DNA from: Rhodobacter sp.
Lineage (GTDB): Bacteria; Pseudomonadota; Alphaproteobacteria; Rhodobacterales; Rhodobacteraceae
Assembly (NCBI GenBank): GCA_013821825.1
Contig: PNJK01000005.1
Location: 17,703 to 81,702 of the forward strand
Direction: 5' to 3'
Length of the DNA stretch: 64,000 bases
Positions within the stretch are counted from its first letter, which is position 1, and each line of letters starts with the position of its first letter. Positions 38,401 through 46,700 of this stretch are shown piece after piece. The notes beneath the pieces were generated by a model. That model saw nothing but the letters and a program-made list of their open reading frames with translations, was not told the origin of the DNA and searched no databases. The position numbers were made by a program, and so were the translations under genes.

Positions 38401-39521
38401 GAACCCCCCTGAACGGGGTCCTCGGGATGGTCGAGGTGCTAGCCAACAGTCTGGACGATCCTGACCAGCGCAAGATGCTGGGCATCATCCGCGAGTCGGG
38501 CGAACACCTGCTGGCGGTGATCAACGACATCCTCGACCTCGCCAAGATCGAGTCCGGGCGCTTTACCCTTGACACCGGCCCGTTGAACCTGTGCGACACA
38601 GCGGAACGCGTAGTTGCGATCCACCGCTTTCGGGCCGCGGAAAAAGGCATCCGGCTTACCCTGGATTGCCAGGGCGAGTTCCTCAACGCCCAGCGGTTCG
38701 GCGATCAAAAGCGGCTGGTCCAGATCCTGCACAACCTGATCGGCAATGCCATCAAGTTCACAGAGGCGGGCGAGGTCGCGGTCCGGGTCAATGCTTCATC
38801 GCCTCAGTGGCTGGGCATCGAAATCTCTGATACCGGCATCGGCATGACCGAGGCCGAAATCGCCCGGGTATTCGAAGAGTTCACCCAAGCTCAGGCCGGG
38901 ATCGCGCGGCAATACGGCGGGACCGGACTTGGCCTGTCGATCGTCCGACGTCTGGCCCGGCTGATGCAAGGCGACGTCACGCTGTCAGGCGCTCCGGGGC
39001 AGGGGCTGACCGCGCGGGTCACGCTGGAAATGCCGATCCTGTCAGCCGACCGGCGGCCGGATCAGGCGGCAGAGGCAGAGCCCTTGCCGCCGCTGACGGT
39101 GCTTGCTGCGGAAGACAATGCCACCAACCGGATCATCCTTGCCAGCATGTTGCAGGCGCTTGGCGTCAAGGCCGAGATCGTGTCAAGCGGCGACGAGGCG
39201 TTGCAACGCTGGCGACCGGGTGCCTACGATGTCGTGCTGCTGGACATCGCGATGCCCGGTCGCGACGGTCTGGAGACGCTGCTTGCGCTGCAGGGCCTTG
39301 CCGTGGCCTCCGGCAGCGCTGCGCCGCAGGCTGTGGCGGTCACTGCAAATGCCATGACCCATCAGGTCGAAGATTATCTGGCGCGCGGATTTGTGACCCT
39401 GGTGGCCAAGCCGCTGCGACCGGAACGCCTTGCCGAAGCGCTGCGGGACTGTCACGCCCGTCTTGTGAAAGCCCAGCCCGCATCGGCCCAGCCTGCTTGG
39501 GCCGCTGCTAAGCCAGAATGA
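35475..39521 (+). CDS. soluble hybrid sensor histidine kinase (GAF, multiple PAS, HisKA, HATPase, receiver)
   Basis: ATG 35475 follows AGGGG; the track start TTG 35406 is also possible. The H-box is FLAAMSHEMRTPLNG, the N-box LHNLIGNAIKFT, G1 DTGIGM and G2 GGTGLGLSI. The receiver has VLLDIAMPGRDG and VAKPL. The N-terminus is GAF-like, there are at least 4 PAS-like repeats, and no TM segment. Confidence 0.9.
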   Translation: MGRTGQLDATAPRPQRIEGLFIDLLPRLLDPGPEGIDAALDDALAHLGVAFGLDRSFLFRIRPDGSHYNSHEWVATGVAALKDVMQALLPAALETWRRAFQAGETVAVTNRADLPQGMPERQFLDRIGVESSYMLPLRDGDRLLGVIGFDSQTPDRVWGEDEVFLLRSVGKAVASVLIRQEAAEAEAETRRHLEATLRALPDLVIGITCDGRIAACHNDHLPWLSSLVHAGMGRHVGDVLPEPLAKALTDLLAKPLSARTARTRRVGVSSLVTPHWYEVSVAPLAAGTAKGETIAVAVIRDMASSQPTSEMASFREGQFTAFFEMCPHPILLNDFDTGELLDGNRAFKQVFGFDPQTAADRDVRHILLGDAAWVIDHAVEALKSTGSYGPVEAVLRRADGRRFPAVLRGFMSIDPNGRRLVWALIEDVTDIRAKEAALLVEQRAVEATRARFEAAIEALDDGFAIFDADDRLVLWNTPYTRVFAGISDLLVVGALYDDLLRAAIDRGIFGAEGERDEASLRRRLDRPLTEIWDGEDSYADGRLIWVRERATPSRETVGIYEDVTARRLADRRLQQVVDGGEVAVWDWGDDTGLIAMNDRWQAMLGRDEGIADLPALMALLHHDDLPAALEVQRALFQQGSDDFDLLSRMRHRTGHWVWLLSRGRVLARRADGRPRRISGITLDVSARIEAEQRLTRLIDGAGVGVWEHDLRSGQTIVSDRWAEILGYRAAELNPMPLQDWLGIVHPADAEALIDHERRCFAAREWAYEHELRVRHRQGHWVWVLTRTQAFEWDASGQVVKTSGVNIDISAAKALEAALARERDTLARIMETSVSGIVAVDGAGRVVLANAGAEAVLGRPVAPQDNLPHLLALTGVTDRMGAPVAFADFPVNRALAGLPVQQDVRQTIRWPDGTLRVLSVNAARLSAPGTDLAVLCSLTDITDAVENEDRLRAAMTAAETANRAKSDFLAAMSHEMRTPLNGVLGMVEVLANSLDDPDQRKMLGIIRESGEHLLAVINDILDLAKIESGRFTLDTGPLNLCDTAERVVAIHRFRAAEKGIRLTLDCQGEFLNAQRFGDQKRLVQILHNLIGNAIKFTEAGEVAVRVNASSPQWLGIEISDTGIGMTEAEIARVFEEFTQAQAGIARQYGGTGLGLSIVRRLARLMQGDVTLSGAPGQGLTARVTLEMPILSADRRPDQAAEAEPLPPLTVLAAEDNATNRIILASMLQALGVKAEIVSSGDEALQRWRPGAYDVVLLDIAMPGRDGLETLLALQGLAVASGSAAPQAVAVTANAMTHQVEDYLARGFVTLVAKPLRPERLAEALRDCHARLVKAQPASAQPAWAAAKPE

Positions 39522-40266
39522 TCTCTACGCCCGCGCTGGCCAGCAGTGCGGCGAGGGCGCCTTCGGGTTCGGTGTCGGTTACCAACCGGTGAAACGATTC
39601 TGGCGGCGCGATGCGCACCGGGGCGCTTTGGTTGAATTTGGTGGCATCGGCAGCAATGGTCGTCAAATCGGCGCAGTCGATGATGGCACGGCTGAACTCG
39701 GCTTCGCGCAGGTCGTTCAGCATGAACCCGGTTCGTGCGTCCAGCGCCACAGCCGACAGGATCGCATGATGCACCCGGAACTGGCGCACGAAGGCCAGCG
39801 CGTCGGCGCCAAAGGCCCCGCCGTCATGCGGGCGCAACTCGCCCCCCGCCATGAACACCCGGTTGCCGCCGCGTCCCGACAGTGTCTGCGCCACGGCCAA
39901 CGAGTTCGTGACCACCAAGAGGTCATGGTGATCGCGCAGCGCCTGCGCCACAAAGGCCGTGGTCGATCCAACATCCAGAAACAGCGAGGCCCCGTGTTCG
40001 ATCAGCCCCGCCAGCCGCGCTGCAATGCGCCGCTTGGCATCCGGGCTGACCCTCAGCCGCAAGGCAAAGCTGGGCTCAGCCCCCCAGTCGCGCAGATGCA
40101 CCCCGCCATGGACACGGGTCACGCTGCCCAGCGCCTCCAGCCGCTTCAGCGACCGGCGCACGGTTTCCTCGCTGACGGACAGGGCCTCGGCAAGGTCCGC
40201 GATTCGCGCCGACCCGCTGTGCATCAATCGCTCAAGAATTGCGCGTTCACGCTGAGTTTGCAGCAT
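39508..40266 (-). CDS. DeoR/GlpR family transcriptional regulator
   Basis: 252 aa. The N-terminal wHTH is RERAILERLMHSGSARIADLAEALSVSEETVRRSLKRLE. The C-terminus is a sugar-phosphate-binding DeoR-C type domain. The 3' end overlaps the kinase gene 3' end by 14 nt (convergent). Confidence 0.9.
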   Translation of the reverse strand: MLQTQRERAILERLMHSGSARIADLAEALSVSEETVRRSLKRLEALGSVTRVHGGVHLRDWGAEPSFALRLRVSPDAKRRIAARLAGLIEHGASLFLDVGSTTAFVAQALRDHHDLLVVTNSLAVAQTLSGRGGNRVFMAGGELRPHDGGAFGADALAFVRQFRVHHAILSAVALDARTGFMLNDLREAEFSRAIIDCADLTTIAADATKFNQSAPVRIAPPESFHRLVTDTEPEGALAALLASAGVEIILA

Positions 40267-40290
40267 GGCCTTGTCCGTTTCTGAGAGGTT

Positions 40291-40318
40291 TTGCAGGATA
40301 GGGATAAATCGCCTGCAA
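40291..40318. promoter_or_regulatory. 7-bp inverted repeat, candidate DeoR operator in the divergent promoter region
   Basis: TTGCAGG-N14-CCTGCAA, 25 nt upstream of the DeoR start. The spacer is AT-rich. Confidence 0.3.
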
Positions 40319-40579
40319 GTTTCAACAGAGAACTCTCAAATAGACGCAAATCATCACAAATTCTTTGACAGGCAGCTTACGGAATGACCACTCTGGACGA
40401 AGGATCTGGTGCCGGCGTTCCCTCTCTGGTGGCTTGGTCTTTGCCTTTGATGCGCCAGAGACCTGGACAATCCGGCGGATCGATCGGGCGGACCTTATCC
40501 CCTTCTTTCCGCCCGCCTTGCCCGTTAACATGCCCTGGTGTTTGCCACGCCCTGTCCGCAACTTTTCCACGGCGACGCC

Positions 40580-41467
40580 ATGACCACTCTCACTGATCCC
40601 ATTGCCCGCGCCTTGTCGCTGCCCATCTGGACCGGCACCCCAACCGCCGTGCCGCTTGGCGGCGGGATCACCAACCTGAACCTGCTGGTGACAGACGCCA
40701 CCCGCCGCGCGGTGGTTCGGATCGGCGATGATATCCCGGTCCACCAGATCATGCGCTTCAACGAACTGGCCGCCAGCCGTGCCGCACATGCCGCCGGGAT
40801 CTCGCCAGGCGTGATCCACCACGAACCCGGCGCACTGGTGATCGACTTTGTCGAAGGCAGGACCATGACAGCCGCCGACCTGCGCGACCAGGACCTCCTG
40901 GAGCAGGCGCTTGCGCTGGTGATGCATGCCCATCGCGACATTCCGCTTCACCTGCGCGGTCCGGCGCTGACTTTCTGGGTGTTCCAGACGCTGCGCGACT
41001 ACGCGGCCACGCTGACGGAGGGTCGCTCACCGCACCATGCAATTCTGGCGGACCTGCTGGACGAGGCTGCGACGCTTCAAGCCGCCGTAGGGCGGATCGA
41101 GCTTGTCTTCGGCCACAATGACCTGCTGCCCGCGAACTTCCTGCATGACGGCACGCGGATGTGGCTGATCGACTGGGATTACGCTGGCTGGAACTCGCCA
41201 CTGTTCGACCTTGGGGGTCTTGCAGCCAACGCCGGGTTGGACCTCTCGCAAGAGGATTGGCTGCTTGGGGCCTACTATGGCGCCCCGCCCGACGCAGACC
41301 TCTGGCGCCGCTATCGCGCGATGAAGGCCGCCGCAGCCCTGCGTGAGGCGATGTGGTCCATGGTGCAGGAAATCCACTCGGGCCTGGACTTCGACTATGC
41401 AGCCTATACGGCCGATTACCTTGCAACCTACCGCGCCGCGCTGGCCACCTTCAGGACATCTTCATGA
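40580..41467 (+). CDS. choline/ethanolamine-kinase-fold phosphotransferase (APH family), substrate unknown
   Basis: ATG 40580 gives 295 aa. The catalytic loop is FGHNDLLPANFL (HxDxxxxN) and the metal-binding motif is LIDWDYAG. Confidence 0.75.
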   Translation: MTTLTDPIARALSLPIWTGTPTAVPLGGGITNLNLLVTDATRRAVVRIGDDIPVHQIMRFNELAASRAAHAAGISPGVIHHEPGALVIDFVEGRTMTAADLRDQDLLEQALALVMHAHRDIPLHLRGPALTFWVFQTLRDYAATLTEGRSPHHAILADLLDEAATLQAAVGRIELVFGHNDLLPANFLHDGTRMWLIDWDYAGWNSPLFDLGGLAANAGLDLSQEDWLLGAYYGAPPDADLWRRYRAMKAAAALREAMWSMVQEIHSGLDFDYAAYTADYLATYRAALATFRTSS

Positions 41468-43890
41468 CTGATCTTCCTTCGACTGCCCGTGTCGTCATCA
41501 TCGGAGGCGGCATCGTCGGGGCGTCCGTCGCCTACCACCTGGGCAAGCTTGGCTGGTCCGACACCGTGCTGCTTGAGCGCAAGAAGCTGACCTCCGGCAC
41601 CACCTTCCACGCTGCCGGCCTTGTCGGGCAGCTGCGCACCTCGGCCAATATCACGCAGCTTCTGGGGCATTCGGTGGCGCTTTACAAGACGCTGGAGGCC
41701 GAGACCGGCCTGCAAACCGGCTGGAAGATGAACGGCGGGTTGCGCCTTGCCTGCAACGCCGAACGCTGGACCGAAGTCAAACGCCAGGCCACCACCGCGC
41801 ATTCCTTCGGGCTGGAGATGCACCTTCTGACCCCGAAAGAGGCGCAGGATCTGTGGCCCCTGATGACCATCGACGATCTGGTCGGGGCTGCCTATCTGCC
41901 CACGGACGGACAGGCCAACCCCTCTGACATCACCCAATCCCTCGCGCGCGGGGCGCGGATGTCCGGCGTGAAGATCTTCGAGGACACGCCCGTCACCCGC
42001 ATCGTCGTGGAGGACGGCCGCATCCGGGGGGTCGAAACCCCCTTCGGCACCATCGAATGCGAAAAGGTCGTCTGTTGCGCCGGGCAATGGACACGAACCC
42101 TTGCTGCGACGGTGGGTGTCAACGTTCCGCTCGTGTCCGTCGAGCACCAGTACATGATCACCGAGAAGATCGACGGTGTGACCCCGGGCCTGCCCACGCT
42201 GCGCGACCCCGATCGGCTGACCTACTGGAAGGAAGAGGTCGGCGGTCTCGTCTGGGGCGGCTATGAACCGAACCCGAAGCCCTGGGCACAGGACGGTATC
42301 CCGGAAGGATTTCATTTCGAACTACTGACCAGCGACTTCGACCACTACAGCCAGTTCATGGAAGATGCCATCGCCCGGGTTCCGGCGCTGGCCACCGCAG
42401 GCGTCAAGCAGCTGATCAACGGCCCCGAAAGCTTTACCCCCGACGGCAATTTCATTCTCGGCGAGGCGCCGGAACTGCGCAACTTCTTCGTCGGCGCGGG
42501 CTTCAACGCCTTCGGAATCGCGTCGGGCGGCGGGGCAGGGATGGCGCTGGCCGAATGGGTTGCCACCGGGGCGGCGCCCTATGATCTCTGGCCGGTCGAC
42601 ATTCGTCGCTTCGGCCCGCCCCACCGCTCAACCGACTGGGTTCGCACCCGCACGATGGAGGCTTATGCCAAACATTACACCATCGCCTGGCCGTCCGAGG
42701 AAATGCGCTCTGCCCGCCCGACCCGCCGCTCGCCGCTTTATGCGCATCTGAAAGCCGCAGGAGCGTGCTTTGGCGAGAAACTTGGCTGGGAACGCCCGAA
42801 CTGGTTCGCAGCACCGGGAGAGGTGGCCCAGGACCGCTATTCCTACCAGCGCCCCGGCTGGTTCGACGCGGTTGGGCGCGAACACAAGGCGGCGCGGGAA
42901 GGCGCGGTGCTGATCGACCAGACCTCCTTCGCCAAATTCATCCTGAAAGGTCCCGATGCGGCCAAGGCGCTGAACTGGATTGCCGCTGGAAATGTCGACC
43001 GGGCTGTGGGGTCACTGACCTACACCCAGATGCTGAACCGGAAAGGTGGCATCGAATGTGACCTGACCGTCGTCCGCCGCGCGGCGGACGAGTTCTACAT
43101 CACCACCGGCACCGGCTTTGCCACACATGATTTCGACTGGATTGCCGGCAACTTGTGCGGCGACGCTCAACTGATCGACGTGACTTCCGGCTCGGCCGTG
43201 CTGTCGCTGATGGGGCCGAAATCACGCGACATCCTGCAAAGCCTGACCCCCGATGATGCCTCTGACGCAGCATTCCCCTTCGCCACCGCCAAAGCGATTT
43301 CCATCGCCGGTTGCCCGGTTCTTGCGCTGCGCGTGACCTACGTCGGCGAACTTGGCTGGGAACTGCATATGCCAACCGAAGTCGCCGTTACCGTCTACGA
43401 AGCGCTGATCGCCACCGGACAGACAAGCAACGCCGGCTACCGCGCCATCGAGACATTGCGGCTGGAAAAGGCCTACCGTGCCTGGGGCGCCGACATCGGG
43501 CCGGATCACTCCCCGGTCGAGGCGGGCCTTGGCTGGGCCTGCAAGATGAAATCCGGCATCCCCTTCCTTGGCCGCGATGCCATCGCCACGCAATTGGCCA
43601 ACGGCGTGAAAAAACGCCTCGCCACCTTCACCGCCGCCCCAGAAGTGATCCTCCTCGGCCGTGAAACCATCTACCGCAACGGCCAGCGCGTCGGCTGGCT
43701 CTCCTCCGGCGGCTACGGCTATACGGTCGGCCAATCCATCGGCATGGGCTACATCCGCCACCCGGAAGGCGTCACGGAGGATTTCATCCGCTCAGGCACT
43801 TACGAGCTGGAAGTCGCTTCCGAACGCGTCCCGGCCCAGGTCCACCTGGCCCCGCTCTACGACCCGCAAAACTTCCGCGTCAAAGCTTGA
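41464..43890 (+). CDS. FAD-dependent oxidoreductase fused to GcvT-type aminomethyltransferase domain (dimethylglycine/sarcosine dehydrogenase family)
   Basis: ATG 41464 overlaps the kinase stop (ATGA). The product is 808 aa. The FAD fold is RVVIIGGGIVGASVAYHL, followed by TSGTTFHAAGLVGQ. The C-terminal folate-binding GcvT part reads AVLIDQTSFAKF ... VTYVGELGWELH. Confidence 0.85.
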   Translation: MTDLPSTARVVIIGGGIVGASVAYHLGKLGWSDTVLLERKKLTSGTTFHAAGLVGQLRTSANITQLLGHSVALYKTLEAETGLQTGWKMNGGLRLACNAERWTEVKRQATTAHSFGLEMHLLTPKEAQDLWPLMTIDDLVGAAYLPTDGQANPSDITQSLARGARMSGVKIFEDTPVTRIVVEDGRIRGVETPFGTIECEKVVCCAGQWTRTLAATVGVNVPLVSVEHQYMITEKIDGVTPGLPTLRDPDRLTYWKEEVGGLVWGGYEPNPKPWAQDGIPEGFHFELLTSDFDHYSQFMEDAIARVPALATAGVKQLINGPESFTPDGNFILGEAPELRNFFVGAGFNAFGIASGGGAGMALAEWVATGAAPYDLWPVDIRRFGPPHRSTDWVRTRTMEAYAKHYTIAWPSEEMRSARPTRRSPLYAHLKAAGACFGEKLGWERPNWFAAPGEVAQDRYSYQRPGWFDAVGREHKAAREGAVLIDQTSFAKFILKGPDAAKALNWIAAGNVDRAVGSLTYTQMLNRKGGIECDLTVVRRAADEFYITTGTGFATHDFDWIAGNLCGDAQLIDVTSGSAVLSLMGPKSRDILQSLTPDDASDAAFPFATAKAISIAGCPVLALRVTYVGELGWELHMPTEVAVTVYEALIATGQTSNAGYRAIETLRLEKAYRAWGADIGPDHSPVEAGLGWACKMKSGIPFLGRDAIATQLANGVKKRLATFTAAPEVILLGRETIYRNGQRVGWLSSGGYGYTVGQSIGMGYIRHPEGVTEDFIRSGTYELEVASERVPAQVHLAPLYDPQNFRVKA

Positions 43891-43893
43891 GAC

Positions 43894-43920
43894 CCCGCTC
43901 CGGACCAAGTCCGGGGCGGG
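43894..43920. terminator. strong hairpin between convergent genes (no clear U-tract)
   Basis: CCCGCTCCGGAC-CAA-GTCCGGGGCGGG, a 12-bp stem with one G-U pair. Confidence 0.45.
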
Positions 43921-43925
43921 TCATC

Positions 43926-45323
43926 CTACCCATCAAACCGCGTCGCGCCCCGGCGTTTTTCGTCCACCGGCTGGGTCAGGATCGTCGCCTGATGCGCGCG
44001 CTGGTCGCAGCTTGCCCGAGGACAGACGCGGCAGTTGATCCCGATCGGCACCATCCGCGCGCTGGTCACAGTGAACGCTTCGGCATAACCGATCTCGCCC
44101 GCATGCCCGATCATGCAGCCCATGGCCACCGCCAGCCGGTTGTCCTGCGCATGCCGGATCCAGGTTGGCCGGTCCACAGTGCGCGAGAAAACAAAATACT
44201 GCGATTTATCAGGCATTTCAACGAATTGAGGCACGATCTTTCCGGGCGTCCTGAACGAGGTATGCACATCAAGCCTTGGGCAGGCGCCGCCATATTCCGC
44301 CAGATGAAAGTCCGTCGCGTTGAACCGCTTTGTCACGTTGCCGCCCTTGTCGATCCGCAAGAAAAAGAACGGTACGCCCTGCGCCCCTTCGCGCTGCAAT
44401 GTCGTTGCCCGGTGACATGCCTGCTCGAACGACACGCCAAAGCGCGTTGCGATGTGGTCGAGGTCGTATTTTGTCGCCCGCGCCTCGGCCAGAAAGGCGT
44501 CATAGGGCATTAGCACCGCAGCAGCGAAATAGTTCGCCAGTTCGACCCGAAGCCGCGCCACTCCGCGCGGATTGGCTATCCCTGACCGGGCGACCAGCCC
44601 GTCCAGAAGCACGCGTTGCTCCAGAAGGCCGCACATGTGCACCAGCTGGAAGGTCCGGTTAGTGTGGTCCAGCGCCTCGGACAGCAGGATCTCGCGCCGA
44701 GCTTCATCATATTGGCGCAGGGTGCCGGGCAGGTCCTCGACCCGGACCAGCCGCACGGTGATGCCCAGCCGGTCGGTCAGCCGCCGCTTCAGCGCGACAT
44801 AGACCTCGTCACGCTCCACCGCATCGCCCGCCCAGAACGCCTCGGCCGCGCGCTCCAGATCGCGGAAATGGTTGCGATTACGGCGAAAGACGTTGTGCAC
44901 TGCAGCCTCTGGCGTGGCATTGATCGCCCGCGCATCGCCGTCCCCCAGGGACAGAAGCTGGTCAGTCGCCGCTTGCCAGGACCGGTGCAGGCGCAAGAAC
45001 GCCCCGGCCAGATCGGGCGCATGAACCAGAGCCGCGCGCAGTTGCGGCAGGTCGGGGCGGGCGTCGGCAAACAGCGGGTCCTGCAAAGCGGCACGCAGAT
45101 CGGCAAGCTGGCCCGATCCATCCTCATCCGCAATCTCGCGCCAATCGACACCATAGGCGTCGAACAACTTCAGCAGCACTTGGACTGACACCGATCTTTC
45201 GTTGTTTTCCAGCAGGTTGACGTATGATGGGCTTATTCCCAGCACCCGCGCCATCGCTCCTTGGGTTTCGCCCCGCTCTAATCGCAGGCGCCGGAGATGC
45301 GGGCCGATGAAGGTTTTCTGCAT
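43926..45323 (-). CDS. XRE-HTH / IrrE-like peptidase / DUF2083 regulator (short-chain fatty acyl-CoA regulator, ScfR/RamB/PrpR-like family)
   Basis: ATG 45323 gives 465 aa. The N-terminal HTH is FIGPHLRRLRLERGETQGAMARVLGISPSYVNLLENNERSVS. The central part is ImmA/IrrE-like. The C-terminus is Cys-rich (INCRVCPRASCDQRA). Confidence 0.75.
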   Translation of the reverse strand: MQKTFIGPHLRRLRLERGETQGAMARVLGISPSYVNLLENNERSVSVQVLLKLFDAYGVDWREIADEDGSGQLADLRAALQDPLFADARPDLPQLRAALVHAPDLAGAFLRLHRSWQAATDQLLSLGDGDARAINATPEAAVHNVFRRNRNHFRDLERAAEAFWAGDAVERDEVYVALKRRLTDRLGITVRLVRVEDLPGTLRQYDEARREILLSEALDHTNRTFQLVHMCGLLEQRVLLDGLVARSGIANPRGVARLRVELANYFAAAVLMPYDAFLAEARATKYDLDHIATRFGVSFEQACHRATTLQREGAQGVPFFFLRIDKGGNVTKRFNATDFHLAEYGGACPRLDVHTSFRTPGKIVPQFVEMPDKSQYFVFSRTVDRPTWIRHAQDNRLAVAMGCMIGHAGEIGYAEAFTVTSARMVPIGINCRVCPRASCDQRAHQATILTQPVDEKRRGATRFDG

Positions 45324-45345
45324 ACCGTCGCACACCTTTTCATGG

Positions 45346-45387
45346 TTTGTAGTGTTTACGATATTACAAAAATTGATGTCTGTAAAC
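45346..45387. promoter_or_regulatory. AT-rich island with two interleaved 6-bp inverted repeats (candidate operator/promoter for sga operon and its regulator)
   Basis: TTTGTA-N13-TACAAA (45346..45370) and GTTTAC-N22-GTAAAC (45354..45387). This is the lowest-GC stretch of the region, between divergent starts. Confidence 0.35.
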
Positions 45388-45469
45388 TTTCGCACTCACA
45401 GCGCGACCCGCTTTGCTTTTGCACATTCCGGGATTGGTGACAGGACAAGCCAACCAACGGAGGACCCCT

Positions 45470-46684
45470 ATGCTGAAAGCAGCCCGCACCGGAATTAACC
45501 ACCTCTTCATTCCCGGGCCGACCAATGTGCCCGAGGAAGTCCGCATGGCGATGAACGTGGCCATGCAGGACCAGCGCGGGCCGGAATTCGGGGCGCTGAC
45601 CCTGTCCATTCTCGCCGACCTCCGCCGGGTTTTCCGCACCGAAACGGGTCAGGTCATGCTTTTCCCCGGCTCTGGGACTGGCGCGTGGGAAGCGGCGATC
45701 ACCAACACGCTCAACCCCGGAGACCGGGTGTTGATGGCGCGTCACGGCCAATTTGCGACCCTCTGGGCGGAGATGGCCACGCGGCTGGGGCTGACCGTCG
45801 ATCTGGTTGATGTGGCCTGGGGGGCAGGGGTCCCGGTCAACGAATTCATGCGCAAGCTGGCCGCCGACCGGAAGGGCGAGATCAAGGCCGTCTTCGTCAC
45901 CCACAACGAGACCGCAACCGGTGTGACCAGCGATGTCGCCGCCGTTCGCCGCGCGCTGGATGACTGCTTCCACGATGCGCTTCTTTTCGTGGACGGCGTG
46001 TCTTCGGTCGGCAGCATCGACTTTCGCATGGATGATTGGGGGGTCGACCTTGCCGTCACCGGCAGCCAGAAGGGCCTTATGTGTCCGGCTGGGCTTGGCA
46101 TCCTTGCCGTCTCGCCCAAGGCCATGAAGGCCTCGGAAACCGGCACCATGCGCCGCGCCTATTTCGAGTTCCGCGACATGGCCCAGACCGCCCAGACCGG
46201 CTATTTCCCCTACACCCCACCAACGCAGATTCTCCACGGCCTCCGCCGCGCGCTGGACCGCCTGCATGCCGAGGGGCTCGACACCGTCATCGCGCGCCAT
46301 GCCCGCCTTGCCGAGGGAGTGCGCCGCGCCGTAGCCGCGTGGGGACTGGAAATCTGTGCCGAACACCCCTCGCTCGCCTCGAACACCGTTACCGCGATCC
46401 GCACGCCCGAGGGCGTCGATGCGCGCGAGGTGATCCGAATCGGTTTTGAGCGCTACAATACCTCCTTCGGTTCGGGTCTTGCGCGGCTGGCAGGCAAAGT
46501 GTTCCGCATCGGCCATCTGGGCGATCTGAACGAAGGGATGTGCCTGACCGCACTTTCCGTCGCCGAAATGGCACTGGTCGAGGCGGGGGCCGATCTCGAA
46601 TTCGGCTCGGGCGTTGCCGCAGCGCAAGCCTGGTATGCCCAGGGGCGCAGCGCACAATCCACCCTCCGGATCGCCGCAGAATAG
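45470..46684 (+). CDS. sga: serine-glyoxylate (class V) aminotransferase
   Basis: ATG 45470 follows GGAGGA. The product is 404 aa. The N-terminus is LFIPGPTNVPEEV and the PLP-lysine context is VTGSQKGLMCPAGL. It sits next to mcl-mtkAB. Confidence 0.8.
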   Translation: MLKAARTGINHLFIPGPTNVPEEVRMAMNVAMQDQRGPEFGALTLSILADLRRVFRTETGQVMLFPGSGTGAWEAAITNTLNPGDRVLMARHGQFATLWAEMATRLGLTVDLVDVAWGAGVPVNEFMRKLAADRKGEIKAVFVTHNETATGVTSDVAAVRRALDDCFHDALLFVDGVSSVGSIDFRMDDWGVDLAVTGSQKGLMCPAGLGILAVSPKAMKASETGTMRRAYFEFRDMAQTAQTGYFPYTPPTQILHGLRRALDRLHAEGLDTVIARHARLAEGVRRAVAAWGLEICAEHPSLASNTVTAIRTPEGVDAREVIRIGFERYNTSFGSGLARLAGKVFRIGHLGDLNEGMCLTALSVAEMALVEAGADLEFGSGVAAAQAWYAQGRSAQSTLRIAAE

Positions 46685-46700
46685 CTTAAGGATCAAGTAG

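Noticed and set aside
40384-40579. Glycine riboswitch upstream of the GcvT-domain operon (CTCTGGA..GAAGG words)
   Set aside because: Only short fragments of the consensus (CUCUGGAGAG / ACCGAAGGGGCAA) are present. The tandem-aptamer architecture cannot be drawn.
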